Source: Massalongia carnosa (taxonomy: Eukaryota). Taken from it: DNA of 64,000 nucleotides. Of this stretch, positions 1 through 12,100 are shown in pieces; the stretch's first letter is position 1, and every line of letters starts with the position of its first letter. Position numbers and translations under genes: made by a program. The stretch spans positions 2,480,001 through 2,544,000 of the forward strand of contig OZ287068.1 of NCBI GenBank assembly GCA_965645245.1, read 5' to 3'. The notes below the pieces were generated by a model. The model was not told where the DNA came from, made no database searches, and worked only from the letters and a program-made list of their open reading frames with translations.

Positions 1-1
1 A

Positions 2-181
2 ACACAGACTGTATTCGACGTGTTTCAAGAATTAAAGAAAACATATAACGAGAATGTTAAACAATTAAATCAAATCATCGACAAGATTGAAAATTTTCAG
101 AAAAAATTGGATCAACTGAACGTAATGAATGTTCAGATTAGATTAGATCAGTTCCAGTCTAACCGTATCGGTTACTTATGA
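2..181 (+). CDS. 3' end of an unidentified coiled-coil-like ORF running in from the left edge
   Basis: Frame 2 is open from the edge to TGA 179-181 (TQTVFDVFQELKKTYNENVKQLNQIIDKIENFQKKLDQL...), with a heptad-like pattern. No family recognised. Confidence 0.25.
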   Translation, partial: TQTVFDVFQELKKTYNENVKQLNQIIDKIENFQKKLDQLNVMNVQIRLDQFQSNRIGYL

Positions 182-638
182 CCTTTAGCGGTGTCTTAAG
201 CAGCCTAGGCTCGGATAAACTATTATCACTTCGCTTAGTAGAGGGTGACCACTTAAAAGGAGAAAACTGCTTCATAGCAACTCTTCATCTTATACATTAG
301 GGTCATACACATTGTCATTTATTACATAGCCATATAGTCATAGTCATATACCTATTTCAACAGAACGCGATAGTTAGTAGAATATCAGAAGAAAATGCTG
401 AAAAAAGCACGACGTTTGATTTTCGAGACTGTTAATTATCCTCCAACCCTTTATAGGTGTAGCGCAGCCCTGCGAGCCTTGGCGCGCTAGTAGACAAATC
501 TCGAAACTTTCGCACTTTGTAGCTAGCACTAGAAATTGCATTCGTTACCCATACAAGCCCTCAATAGTCATTGCGATCACGTAGAATTGCTCCCCGACTC
601 TGTAGCTATCTTGGCCGAAAGTTATATCGTCCCTTCTG

Positions 639-1287
639 TTGTGGCTGCATTGTGGCAACCATGGGGAGCTCTTTTGTCGTGCCCAACGACGCCCCCCCGA
701 TTCACTAGACGAGCATCGTCACTTCCTCACCAATGTGCTTAATAACTTAACTAACTGCGAGGCATATCAGAAGCAAAGACCTATGAAGGTTCAGTCTTAC
801 ACCCTGTTACTCTCCAGTATGCTCAGCCTACTGGAGAAGATGCGCAACCAGCCCACGATGGATCAGCTCCAAGCTACCATCAACCAAATAAAGAACACTG
901 CAGAGCAAACGCTCACTAAAGTCACCTATGTCGAGCGCAAGCAAGACACCGCCCGCACAACACCCACTACCTCCTCCGCGGCCACTACTGGCTACAAGAG
1001 GACGATGACCTGGGCAGAACGGGCAGCCTTTGCTGCCTCGGCCCCAACGATCTCTACGCTTTCGGGGACGTCCATCCCTGCTCCTATACTAGAAGAGAAA
1101 GCTCGTGAAATCGTCGTCAAACTGAACAACGAAGCCATAGCAAAGGATCTGGCCAAAGTGGCCTCCTCAGCGCTCAAAGACAGAATCAACGCGGCAATAT
1201 CTAACGCGTTAAAGCATCATAACAACACGAGAATTCCGACCAATCAAAACGCTCCCGCCCCCCCTATTTCCAATGGCACAGCCACGG
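639..1287 (+). mobile_element. Truncated non-LTR retrotransposon (Tad1-like LINE) ORF1/gag-like fragment
   Basis: Coiled coil followed by TWAERAA...KAREIVVKLNN...LKDRINAAI, a motif order I associate with fungal LINE ORF1. The frame is cut by the hAT TIR at 1288. No zinc knuckle or ORF2 is visible. Confidence 0.5.
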
Positions 1288-1305
1288 TAGGGCTAGGAAA
1301 AATAC

Positions 1306-1332
1306 GTCAGTTGGGCCAACTGACACGTATTA
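1306..1332. repeat. hAT subterminal palindromic repeat, left copy
   Basis: GTCAGTTGGGCCAACTGACACGTATTA, identical to 3640-3666. The core GTCAGTTGG-G-CCAACTGAC is self-complementary. Confidence 0.85.
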
Positions 1333-1483
1333 TACGTCACGTGCAGACTTGGACCCTGTCTTTTTGGTATAATATTACTTAAGCATGTCAAATTTATCTT
1401 TCTCATAGATCAATACCTGAAATTACTAGACATTTCTACCTAATTTGAGGTACCTTCCTATTATCTCTATACATACATTGATC

Positions 1484-3535
1484 ATGTCTCGACAATCTGG
1501 ACATTCTGGCGGTCGACCGAAAAATGCATTGGTAGATGAGAATTTCGTTGATGTCATCATTGAAGGCATGAAATACCCTCAGCATCGTTGTACGCATTGC
1601 GGATATCAGTCTGCCAAAGTTGCTACCAGGGGTCAGCAGCATTTGCAGACATGCAATGCCTTTCAAGAAGTGCAAGAAAGAAGACAGCAAGAGACGTCTT
1701 CTAGAAGCAGCAAATCTTTGATTCAATTGCCCATCACCTCTTTGATTCGTCCCTTAAATCAAGCCCAAGTTGCGCATGCTCATCGCGCTGCTGCAATGTC
1801 CGTCTTTATGACCAATCTTCCGTTTAACCACTTCGAAAATCCCTATGTGATTGCTCATCATCAAGCACTGCATCCTGGATATAAACCTCCACATCATAAG
1901 CTCGTTGGCGGGAAATTATTGGACGACGCCTATGAGACGGTTAAACTGAAAGTAAATCAGCAGTTAGATGCCTGCAGTTATCTCAACTTCTTTACCGACG
2001 AAACGGCCAACATTAAGAAGGAACGGGTTATTAATCTCTGTTGTCATGTCCCTTCATCAGCTACCTCTCGAGGGGGGGGCTTTCATTTAAAAGCAATGGC
2101 CGGCATCGCTGAGACGATGACTGCAGCTGTTCAAGCTGAGTGGATGATAAAAGGCTGTAGAGAAGCGACCAATAATCAGCTCTGGAGAGTCAATTGTATA
2201 GGAACAGATACTTGCTCTACTATGAAGGCCATGTGGTCTGAACTTCGAAAGTTTCCTGAGATGAGACACGTCTTTTTCGTTCCTTGCGACAGTCACGGTT
2301 TACAGCTTCTTTTGGGAGACATTTTGAAGCTTCCTTTTTTTGCAGACATCATGCAAAAAGCTCAGTCGATAGTGATAGCTTTTCGTGGATCGAATAAAGA
2401 ATTGGCCATTCTATGGAATTTTCAGATGAAGGTAAGTAGGAATGAAATTTCAATGCGGCATCAAAACGTCATTGCTAATTTATAACTTTCAAAGGCATAC
2501 AATCAACGTCAATCACTGATTCTCAACGTTTTGACCAGATGGGGTAAGACTGTAGGCCTTTTGAACTCGGTGCTAAAAAGCAAGCAGGCAATTTTGGATT
2601 ATTTTCAGCAAAATGCTCCGGGCATTGATCAGGGCAGAAGTCATCCTTTAGGAACATTCGTCAACGACTTCTCGTTTTGGAAAAAGCTGGCCATCGTACA
2701 GAAAATTCTTGATCCCATACATAAAGCACAATACATGTCCGAGGCCGAGGGGCATAAACTGTACGCGGTGACTGCCAATTGGAACAGGCTTCGATCTCAC
2801 CTATATACAATGGCCAAAGAGGATGAAGATTCTGAGATGGATTTGCATCACATTGCAGAGATAGTTTGGGAAGATCGATATCTCAGTCAAATAACTGAAC
2901 TTCATGTGGTAGCAGCTCTGTTGCTTCCTCAGAATCATAACATTCAGGTGATTGGAGTATCCACGTCGCAGGCATTTTTCTCTATCATGCATAGATTCTT
3001 TGCTAAATATCTGAACGTTGAAGAAGCAAAGTCGGCAATGAAGCAATGGCTTTCTTTTCGAAATCAAGAAGACGGTTTTTATCCTGCCTCCGAATGCTGG
3101 ACATATCAAACGGATTCGGACCTATTTTGGAACTTTTCCAGAAGCTTTGCTTTTGATCTCAGCAACATAGCTAGAAAGGTAATAATGCTGCCTGCTAATT
3201 CGGTGCTGGCAGAAAGAAATTGGTCGGTCATGAATTTGATCATGACCAAAAGTCGGAACTCTCTACATTCCATCAATGTCAATAAACTCATGTTTATTTA
3301 CATGAATGAGCGTACTCTTAATCGGCCAACAGATTTCAAAAGCAAGCTTCAGTTTGCTGGCATCGACATCAATGAGACGGATCTTTGTGAGATGGAGGAT
3401 AGACTACTGCAAGAAGAGATCTCTTTATCTGATACGTCCATGTCATCATCGAAAAGACCGGCGAGTCAAACGATATTTGGTGATGCGACGGAGAGCTTGG
3501 ATAAACACCTAGCTAGTAGAGTAGGAGATACATAA
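1484..3535 (+). CDS. hAT transposase, 2 exons (1484-2431, 2495-3535), ~662 aa, apparently intact
   Basis: BED-type finger CTHC...HLQTC, catalytic-like FTDET and GTD, CDSH (CxxH), TRW and C-terminal PANSVLAERNWS. A phase-0 intron GTAAGT...GCTAAT...AAG at 2432-2494 joins the two ORFs in frame. Confidence 0.9.
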
Positions 3536-3639
3536 AATTGTACGCAAATTGCTAACAAAATAAAGTATCTTTCCCCCACTTTCTATCTTCCCGCTTCTTC
3601 CGCCCCCCCCCTCCCCCCCTGTAGCTAATCCCTGTGTCT

Positions 3640-3666
3640 GTCAGTTGGGCCAACTGACACGTATTA
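3640..3666. repeat. hAT subterminal palindromic repeat, right copy
   Basis: Identical 27-mer to 1306-1332. Confidence 0.85.
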
Positions 3667-3861
3667 AACACTTCCCGATCTGGTTAGTCAATAAACATGT
3701 TTAATACATATCCTAGCCCTAGCCACATGGACCACGTGGATAGCGGGTAGTCTAATCTTATCCCGGAAGGCTTTAGGTTTAGCGTGCTTTGTTTGCCTTT
3801 GGTGAAAAGTCTGCTAGTTTTCCTCTTATGTAGCTGCGATTACCTGCAACAAGAGTCTCTT

Positions 3862-4384
3862 TTAACTAATCTTATGTAAATAGTTGGATTTCCACCATGT
3901 TCTAAACCATCGCTTAGTAGAACCTTTATAATCAGCATTCTGACTTCGCTTCAGACCCTTGATCGCGTTGAATATCAGTTCATGCGTCGGTTGAACACCA
4001 TATGTAAGTAACGAGCGAATGAACTCATGTATTGCTTTGATCTGATGCTTCTCCAATATCTTATTATGTCCTCTCTTCTCGACTTCATTCGACGCGCTGT
4101 TTTGAGCAAGTGAACTTAGTAAAGTGGTACGAGGAATGTCAAATATGCGAGCAGCGCATATCTTGCTTTCAAGTGGATCTTCTATTAGAAACTGCTTAGC
4201 ATCATTCAGACGCGTAAAATTATTATTACAATTCATGACTATGATGATGCTAATGCTGATAATAATAATGATCAATAATTAAATAGTTGATGTAGTCAAA
4301 TGCGTCGTCTTGATGAAATGGAAATAAAATTGCGAAAAGACGAACTTTGCTTTCCGCCGAACTTTGCTTTCCCCGACTAGAGGC
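3862..4384 (-). mobile_element. pogo/Fot1-like (Tc1-mariner) family A, left end plus N-terminal HTH fragment of the transposase
   Basis: ATG at 4236 starts MNCNNNFTRLNDAK...AARIFDIPRTTL...GHNKIL...KRWFRTW (HTH plus CENP-B-like HTH). Nearly identical to 56695-57050. The terminal 43 bp (4342-4384) match 62169-62211 at 42/43. Confidence 0.85.
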
Positions 4385-4658
4385 GAACGCCTCGAGTCGG
4401 CCGAGGTAAGCGAGAGATTAGCCGACGATTATCAGATGTATAGCAAACATCTCGAGGCTTTTTCCTCCAAGCTAGATTATTGAATGGGCTAGTGCCAATA
4501 GGAATCGTCATTGAGTCAGCCCGTTTTCGTAGCCTCATGTGGGATGGGGGCGTAGCTTGTAGGCTGTCGTACCCTTTTTATCCTTAGGAAATATTGACCT
4601 CTATCTGGCAGGTCGTTCACGACAGTCGGAAGCACGATTCTTTTCCTCGGATTCAATC

Positions 4659-6594
4659 ATGAGTTTCGGCTTTTCTATTGGCGACTTAGTTGCAGTCGGA
4701 AAGCTTGCATAGACTGTTAACAAGGCATGCAAAGACGCATCCGAGAGTTTCAAGAATTTTTCTCACGAAGTCTTGTCTCTGCATGCTGTGCTTATAGAGG
4801 TTGGAGAAATATTTTCCGATCAGACTTTGTCGGCATCTCAGCAGTCTCATCTGAAAACAATTGAAGATTCCTGTCGCGGTGTTCCTCAGGAAATGCAGCG
4901 CGTTCTCGAACATTATGAGAGTCCAGGCACATCGTCTCAGCGCACATGGGATCGAGTCAGATGGGATTCGGCGAACATTGTGGAGTTGAGAGCTCGTCTG
5001 GGTTCTAACATTCTGTTGTTAACAGCATTCATAAGGTTTTTGCTCTTGATCATCTTCATAGACGCATGAATATATATTAACTTGTGTTTGCTCACAGTAC
5101 TTCTCAAATCATGATGCAAAAGCAACTCAACAAGTTACTGCAAGATCATCGCAACGGAAAGCACGAAGGCTCGGTTGTTTCTGTTCAATCAGTGTAATCA
5201 CTTTCCACGAATGACAAATAGGCGTGGCGCGTTATTCGGAAAGAACTGGAAGATCTCGGGATAACTGTTGCAGCTATGAATGCTAATAAAGACTTTATCT
5301 TGGATTGGTTCAAGACCACCCAAAATGATGGAGTATTTGAGGAGCAATCACCAGAGGACGGCTTATGTGACATATTGTATGAGAGTAGCTTGAATAAGTT
5401 GTCGATAGTTACGGAGCATGATACTGTAAGTCAAAGTCAACCAATTTGTTTGATGGCTTTCGGTTGCAACGCGATGAAAAGTTTGTTTACTCTAATGTTG
5501 CAGAAGCCCACGCCTACTTCCGTAAGCCCTGTAGCTTTAAATTATCAACGAAAATATATCGCTCATGAGGGACTCTCTCCACGAACTCCTGGTTTGGTCA
5601 AGCGGCTGCTTCGTTATAACAAGGGACTAACTGATGCTGTTATAAGGGAGATATGATAAAAGTCCAGCGGCTGCTGGAGCAAGGGGCTGACCCTTCCGCG
5701 AGAACTTTTACTGGCGGTAAGGCGTTGTATTATGCGCTCTAGAACAGAAACGATACGATGGTACGATTGCTTTTGGAGAAAGGGGCTTTTATCGATGAAA
5801 GGTCATTGCGTAGGGCAGCTCGAAACAGAAACGAGTTGATGACGTGTTTACTGTTGGAGAAAGGTGCATATATCTATGCATTCGAGGATTCTTTCTATCA
5901 ACAATTATGTTTGGCGATCAGAAACCATAACGAAGCCATGCTGCAACTATTGTTCGAAAAAGGAGCAAATATCGATGCAGAGCATGAGCACAAAAACGCC
6001 GGTTTGATCTCAGAGGCCACAATTGGAAATGAGTGGGCTGTGCAAGAGATGCTGAAATGGGGAGCGGACACTGAGACGAGGAATGATCGCAAGAAAACAC
6101 CACTGATAGTTTCAGCTTCATGTGGACATGAGAAGGTGGTGCGGCTGTTGTTGAAAGCTGGCGTCAGCATTGAAGCAAGAGATGCTGATCAAGATACAGC
6201 GTTGATATGTGCGGCATACAACGGACACGAATCAACAGTGCGATTGCTGTTGGAACATGACGTCGATATTGAAGCAAGAGATGCTTATCAAAATACAGCG
6301 TTGTTATGGGCGGCATACAACGGACACGAATCAACAGTGCGATTGCTGTTGGAACATGACGTCGATATTGAAGCAAGAGATGCTGATCAAAACACAGCGT
6401 TGATATGTGCGGCAACAAAGGGACATAAATCAATAGTCCAGTTTTTGTTAAAAAACAAAGCCAACGTTCGAGCGAGAAATATAAATGGACACACTGCGAT
6501 GGAAAAGGCGAGAAAGAAAGGATTCTATAAAATTTCCGATTTGCTCGAGACAGCTGTCAAGCTAGATTCCAAGTCGCTTCAAAGAAAATCTTGA
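4659..6594 (+). pseudogene. Fungal STAND/NLR-type N-terminal helical (HeLo-like/SesA-like) domain plus ankyrin repeat protein, disabled
   Basis: MSFGFSIGDLVAVGKLA*TVNKACKDA...TWDRVRW, then EGSVVS...WRVIRKELEDLGI, then C-terminal ankyrins (5758-6594). In-frame stops at 4710, 5195, 5219, 5654 and 5740. Confidence 0.8.
6169..6414 (+). repeat. 2.5 near-identical 99-bp ankyrin-coding tandem repeats
   Basis: Units start at 6169, 6268 and 6367 with ATTGAAGCAAGAGATGCT, and differ at only a few positions. Confidence 0.95.
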
Positions 6595-7415
6595 GATCCC
6601 AAATTCCTCGACCTTTGTTTTATCCTAAGTGTAAGGCAGTCGTGTCAAATACACATATACCTACCTAGTCGAAGTTCTAGTGTTTCGAGCATCCGAAAAC
6701 CCCGTGGGGGGTGTTGACTTCTCCAGCGCTGCTTTTCGAGGGCTCGAAAACCTCGCACAACTAAGCCAACAGACACTTTGACCAGCAGCACTTCCTCGCC
6801 GAGACCCCACCGCTCGGCATAAAGGGGTAAAACAACGGATCTTTTTCAAGCGATTCCCTCTATTACGCTTGCGCGCACCTTATTTCTCCACCCTCTGTCT
6901 CGTCGCGCATTTCTGTTTTCACGGTTTTTCTTCTCTCGAACGGATCCATATACCCAGGTATGCATTGAAGGGAGGAACTTTTTGCATGAGTGATTCAGCT
7001 AGTTAGGATGAAAAGAAGATAATGAAATGCCGGGACCGAGTTAACTTGGTTATCAATAGGCAGGTAGGTAGGCAGGCAGGCACGCCGTGAATGACTAGTT
7101 AGAGGCGGAAGGTCGAGCGAGCGATGGCAACAGGGGTACTAAAAAAGAGCAGGAACAAAACGAAGAGGAGGAAGATGAAAAAGGGCACATATTAAATAGG
7201 TGGTATTTTTAGGTACTCTCCTCCTCACCATCATCGATCCGGATGGGGACTTCAGTACTAAAAAGTCTCATTCCCTTCCGCCCATCCACTTCCTTTAAAT
7301 TCAGCCGCATAAGGGAAAATGAGGTGTTTTCCACCTCCACCCGCCGGCAGGATACATGAAGCTGCTCGCTATATAGGAAGGGCTCTCGGCATAATCGAGC
7401 TCTAGCTGGTTAGCG

Positions 7416-7450
7416 GTTAGGGGAAGAGGGGAGGTGGGGAGGTGGGGGGG
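7416..7450 (+). repeat. G-run tract (potential G-quadruplex)
   Basis: GGGGAAGAGGGGAGGTGGGGAGGTGGGGGGG: four G-runs with short loops. A C-run tract lies at 7681-7770. Confidence 0.5.
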
Positions 7451-7782
7451 CAGTTAGAAAGGGGATTTTGAGAACGGGAATGGGAATATTAGCTTAGCAT
7501 GTTTGAGGCAAATTCCATAACTTAGCTAGTAATGCATCTAAAAAGAGATAAAGTATTGGTACTTGATCAGATCGTCAATGCACAGCTTCATGCTGTTTAT
7601 TTTTTTTTAAAAAAAGACCGTTAGATGACTCCGTAACGCATAGATTCATTCATTGCCAGGTTCGAAAACCTCATTATCTCCATCCCCCCCATTCCAACCC
7701 TCATCCTCCCCCCAAAACACCCCCCCTTCCCCATCCAGAACCAAAACCCCATAAATCCACCCACCCTAAGGCTCACTCACAA

Positions 7783-8805
7783 TCACCTACCCCCATACGT
7801 CCGCAAAAGCCCCCGCATAACCGCCACCGCTCCCGCGCGGTACGAGTTTCCAAAAATAGCCGCGTGGTTCAGATGATGGTAGAGCTCGTACAGGCGCAGG
7901 CGATCGTCACGCTCGTGGAGCGGTTCCAGCCTGGGGCAGAGGGCGTGATACTCGTCGGCGAAGGCGGCGGCGCCGAAGCCGCCGAACATGCGCATGATGC
8001 CCCACTCGTACTCGCTGCTCGCGTAGCACGCGCTGGGGTCGAACACGACGTCCTCGATGGGCCCCGAGCGGCCGATTCTCGCGCGGCCCCGGTTGCCGGA
8101 CCAGAGGTCGCCGTGCACTACGACGGGGACGATGCGGTGCCCGTTGCTCTGATGGTGATGGTGGTCGCGGAGCAGCGCGGGCACTACGGTGTGGGCGACA
8201 CTCTCTACTAGGGTCCGGAGCTCGGCGTCTTGCCCGTGAGCGGTCTCGTACGTAGCGAGGACGGCGAGGAGGCGGTTGTCGGCGTAGAATTCTGGCCAGC
8301 TGGCTTTGTAGGTGTTCGGTTGCGGCGTGTTTCCGCAGCAGGTCGGGACCGGGAATCCGAATACCGGGGTGGAGAATCCCTCTGGTATAGGCGCGGGTGT
8401 CGTGTGCAGCTTGCCTAGCTTCGCCGCGAACGATTGTCTGGAGCTGTTACTGTTTTCCGAGGAGGAAAGCGGGGATTCAGTAGCAGCAGTAGTAAAGTTT
8501 AAGAAATCCGTCACGAGAAACGAAGCGCCCGGGGTATTGGCAAGTAGGCCGTGCGCATAGCTTTTGGGGCACAGAGAGGGAACGATTTGATGGATTGCGT
8601 TTAGGGAAGTGTGTTCGCCTCGAAACATGACCTCTGCATCTGGTCCGGCAGCTGTCTTGAGAAAGAACTCGTTCTGCACACCATTGTCGGAGGTGACTGT
8701 GATTTTGGCGGTGGTTGAGAATTCGCTACCTCCGTGCCTGGAGACACTTGCGCTTGCATTGGGGCTAAGCGAAAGGGCGCTCGCGACGGCTGGATCAAGC
8801 TTCAT
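7783..8805 (-). CDS. Fructosamine/ketosamine-3-kinase family protein
   Basis: FFLK, GEHTSLNAI, FGFPVPTCCGNTPQPN, VVVHGDLWSGN, FDPSACY, MFGGF, LYELYHHLNH. Single exon, 340 aa. Confidence 0.95.
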   Translation of the reverse strand: MKLDPAVASALSLSPNASASVSRHGGSEFSTTAKITVTSDNGVQNEFFLKTAAGPDAEVMFRGEHTSLNAIHQIVPSLCPKSYAHGLLANTPGASFLVTDFLNFTTAATESPLSSSENSNSSRQSFAAKLGKLHTTPAPIPEGFSTPVFGFPVPTCCGNTPQPNTYKASWPEFYADNRLLAVLATYETAHGQDAELRTLVESVAHTVVPALLRDHHHHQSNGHRIVPVVVHGDLWSGNRGRARIGRSGPIEDVVFDPSACYASSEYEWGIMRMFGGFGAAAFADEYHALCPRLEPLHERDDRLRLYELYHHLNHAAIFGNSYRAGAVAVMRGLLRTYGGR

Positions 8806-9195
8806 TGCTGACTTAAAAGAGTATATACAAGGGATACGTAGAAATGAAGCAACTGTGATAGAGGTAGAGTGGTCCGAATCATTAACACGAAAACAAACTA
8901 GAAAAAGAAATGCCCATTTAGCAATGAAGACCGGGGGTTTTCAGACGTCATTCCAACCGCCTGAGCCATGCATTACCTAACAATAAGTGCTTCTAACTCG
9001 GCATGCAAGTCCAACGACTTAATGGGCCATAACTCTAAAAAGACATCCAACTCGTGTTCGTAAGCATCAAAGTTTCTTATACATGCAAGCGTACAGCTGT
9101 GACTGCCACATACCCCCATACTGTCGCATGATACCGACAGCATTCAATGCGTGTGAAAGCTCGAAATAAAGAAAATCTGTGTAATCCCTTCCCCG

Positions 9196-12100
9196 TCATT
9201 GTAGGAGTTTATTCATCTGAAACATAGCCGTCTTCGTTCTCTCGCGGACGTCCAATTCTGTATCAGACTCCAAACTCTGAAGTTTCTGATAAAAGCCCAG
9301 CTTTAGAAGTTCCTGAGCTCGTGCTTTGCAATTGAGCTTGTCTGATTGATCGTCTTCCCATGTCAAGTTGATGACCAGCCAAGCGCAGGAAACTCGGACC
9401 TCGCGATGCGGATGGCTGAATAGCGGCAGCAGCAGCTTTAGCAGCTCCGGCTGCGAAATTAAGAGTTGACGGTGCTTGGACTGGCCGGCAGCTATGTGAA
9501 CTATGATGTAGCATACAGATGCTATTATCTCAGGGTGTGGCTGAAGATGTTTCAACCCGCTTCCAGCTGATCGTCTGTCCCGATTGAAAGCATTGAGCAC
9601 TCTGGGCCGGAGCTTTCTGGCGAGCATGTCGAATGTTTTGTCTTGGCCGAGTTCTCGGAATATATATTCAATCATATCTGGTGCACCTTGTCCACAGATG
9701 AGGTTTCGGATAAAATCCAGGCCTTGTTTCTGCACCGCAAGATCATCCACACGGGTTTGACTTGTTGGACTTGGTTCACCGTCCTTAACATTGGCCATAT
9801 ATGATGCTTCCAACGTCGACGAGCGTCCGTTGGCTTGTCGCATAAACAGCGGACTTTGCTTGGGATCTGGCTCAAAGTTGTTCAAAGCTCCAATACTATC
9901 AGCCATCCGAAGATCCTCCTCGCCGTCTTCATCAAAATCTTGACTTGACGCTCTAGACTCCTCCACGGCATTGAGCAAATCTACTTGCTCACCAGCAGCG
10001 TTTGGAGTACCCATTGCTATGGGTGTTCCCATAGTTATGTCCTTGTCTCCTCGAAAGCCTGGAGCGATACCCATGTCCTCTGCATCATTGGAAATGATCT
10101 GCTTTAGCCAGCCAGGGCCAAGTTCCTCAAGACAGGCCATCTTAAGAGACATTGGGGCCGTGAGCACCAGGTGTTTGAGAGCCCATACAGAGTTCAGACG
10201 TAAATTTACATTCATCGAATGTGCGTGCTCGCAAAGAATCTCAAGGATTCCAGCTTCAATGATAGCCTATTTTTATACATTAGCTCGCATGTCGGGCGTT
10301 TGGGGTATCTTGGATGGCCTACTTCTCGCATTGGACTAAACTCAAGGACAAGATTACAAATAACCGCAGTTGCCCCAACCTGAATATCTGCGTCATGGTT
10401 TCGCAAAAGAACAAACAGAGGAGCTGCAAGACCCGCGTCCATGAGGCTCGTCCTTAGCGTACTCACGGATCTGGAAAGCGCTCTGGCAGCTCCACAAGCC
10501 GCTAGAATGACAGAGCGTGGATTTCCAGTAAGAGACTTCCGGTTCTTGGATGACTCCTCCAGGGGTGTTGCCAGGTTGCTACCCGTTGGAGGTGCTATGC
10601 TCATTGGTTTCAAGGACTCAATCACAAAGGGGACAACGTTGCTATCTATAATCGCTTTCCGGTACTCATCTTTGAGCGACGCAATTGCAGCTATGGTTTT
10701 GAGAACAGATTCCCTTACCCTCATGATATGATTACCCGCTGGCAATATGCCTGAGGCGCCTAATCTTGAAGCATATTCCGTGAAACCCGTATTGTCTACG
10801 TTTGATGGTTGAGGCGTCCAGCGGTAGGTAGACGTGTTAATGGGCAAAGGGTCGTAAGACTCCTTTAAGAGTTGAGATAGTTTTTTTATTGCTCCTGCAT
10901 CGACGGCAGCTCGTTGGAGCTCGAGGCTCTCAGTCGCCAGCGTAGCTAAGACTGAAGGAGCTTGTTCCTTGATGATCCAGTCCGACAATCTGAGGGCACT
11001 GACATCGTAGAGGCTTGTATTTCCTGGAGATATTTTCGAATCCGTGTCAAGCATACGTACAAGGAGCGGTATTAGCAGCAACGCGAATCCCGTTTCTCGT
11101 CGCCTATTGGCAAGCCCAAAATGGTAAAATCTCGCCAAGACCGACGCAGCCATTAGTCTTGTTACCCCATGTTCTGCTCTAGCAATATACATCAACCAAG
11201 CTATCAACGGGTTTTCAACCTCTTCTGCATAATCAGAGCCCTGACTCTGGATTACTTCAATTGCCGAGCTCACGGTTCTTGATACTGGAAGCTGCTTGGC
11301 TGATGTTCCAATTGCACCCAGTGGCGGAAAATTGCATGTCTGCGCCAATGAGCCCCGATAGTGTAAGCTTGGAAGTTGTGGTAATAAGGTTTCTATAGGA
11401 TGCTGTGTTACGTAACGATTCATGAACGAAGCCGAAAAGTGTAAGTTCCGGGCATTTTCCTTCCTTTCAAAATCCGAGAGTGAATCCACTTCTGGTCTTG
11501 GGAATACTATAGCTAGCGCAGGCGCCGAAAGGAACTGACTGGCTCGAAGTTTTGAATCCTTTATGATCGTGCTCACTGCCTCCAAGATTGGTGCTAAACT
11601 TGACCTTACCGTCGCCGATGGAAGGCTGGTGGTAGAAAGCAAATCCTCTCGAACTGTATCGGGAGGGAGAAAACAGCATCCCGTAGCTATGACAAAGGTT
11701 GATAACTGTGTAGCTAACGCTTCCAAAACCCCTGCCTGGGCGAGTTTTCTTCGTTGTGCTTCTTCACGGCATGTTTTGGTGATCAGCGCAGCTGCTAAGG
11801 AGATTTGCTGCTGGACAGTCAGAGAGGAAGAGGTTTGAGATATGAGCTGTGTGAGACTTGTCAAGTGCTGCTCCGTGTATAACAGGTTGTTCAGGTTAAC
11901 TTCGCCCGTGTCCAGGGCCGAGTTTTCCAAAGACAGTGAGTCTGCTAGAGAGTTTAGAGTTCTTAGGGTCGCTAGGACTACAGACGGAGAATACTCGTTC
12001 GGTGACAGGACTGCAAGAAGCGGAGAAATAATATGAGTTGCGTTGAGAGGAGGAATGTAGGCAGGGCCCCCTATATTGCACCGTTAGGATGCTATTTGGA

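Larger units (their letters stand above)
1288..3721 (+). mobile_element. hAT-superfamily DNA transposon, full length (2434 bp)
   Basis: 11-bp TIRs TAGGGCTAGGA (1288-1298) / TCCTAGCCCTA (3711-3721), subterminal repeats and an internal hAT transposase. The flanks share only GCCAC (imperfect TSD). Confidence 0.9.

Noticed and set aside
463..491. CGCAG-CC-CTGCG hairpin followed 12 nt later by CTAG|T, resembling a Helitron 3' end
   Set aside because: The stem is only 5 bp, and no Rep/helicase or 5' TC end is identifiable in the window.
6780..6820. TCCTCGC resembling the HDV-ribozyme L3 loop
   Set aside because: The required P1.1 GG, P2 3' strand and J4/2 could not be found.
7864..8980. Several plus-strand ORFs opposite the fructosamine kinase
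   Set aside because: Antisense shadows of a GC-rich coding region.
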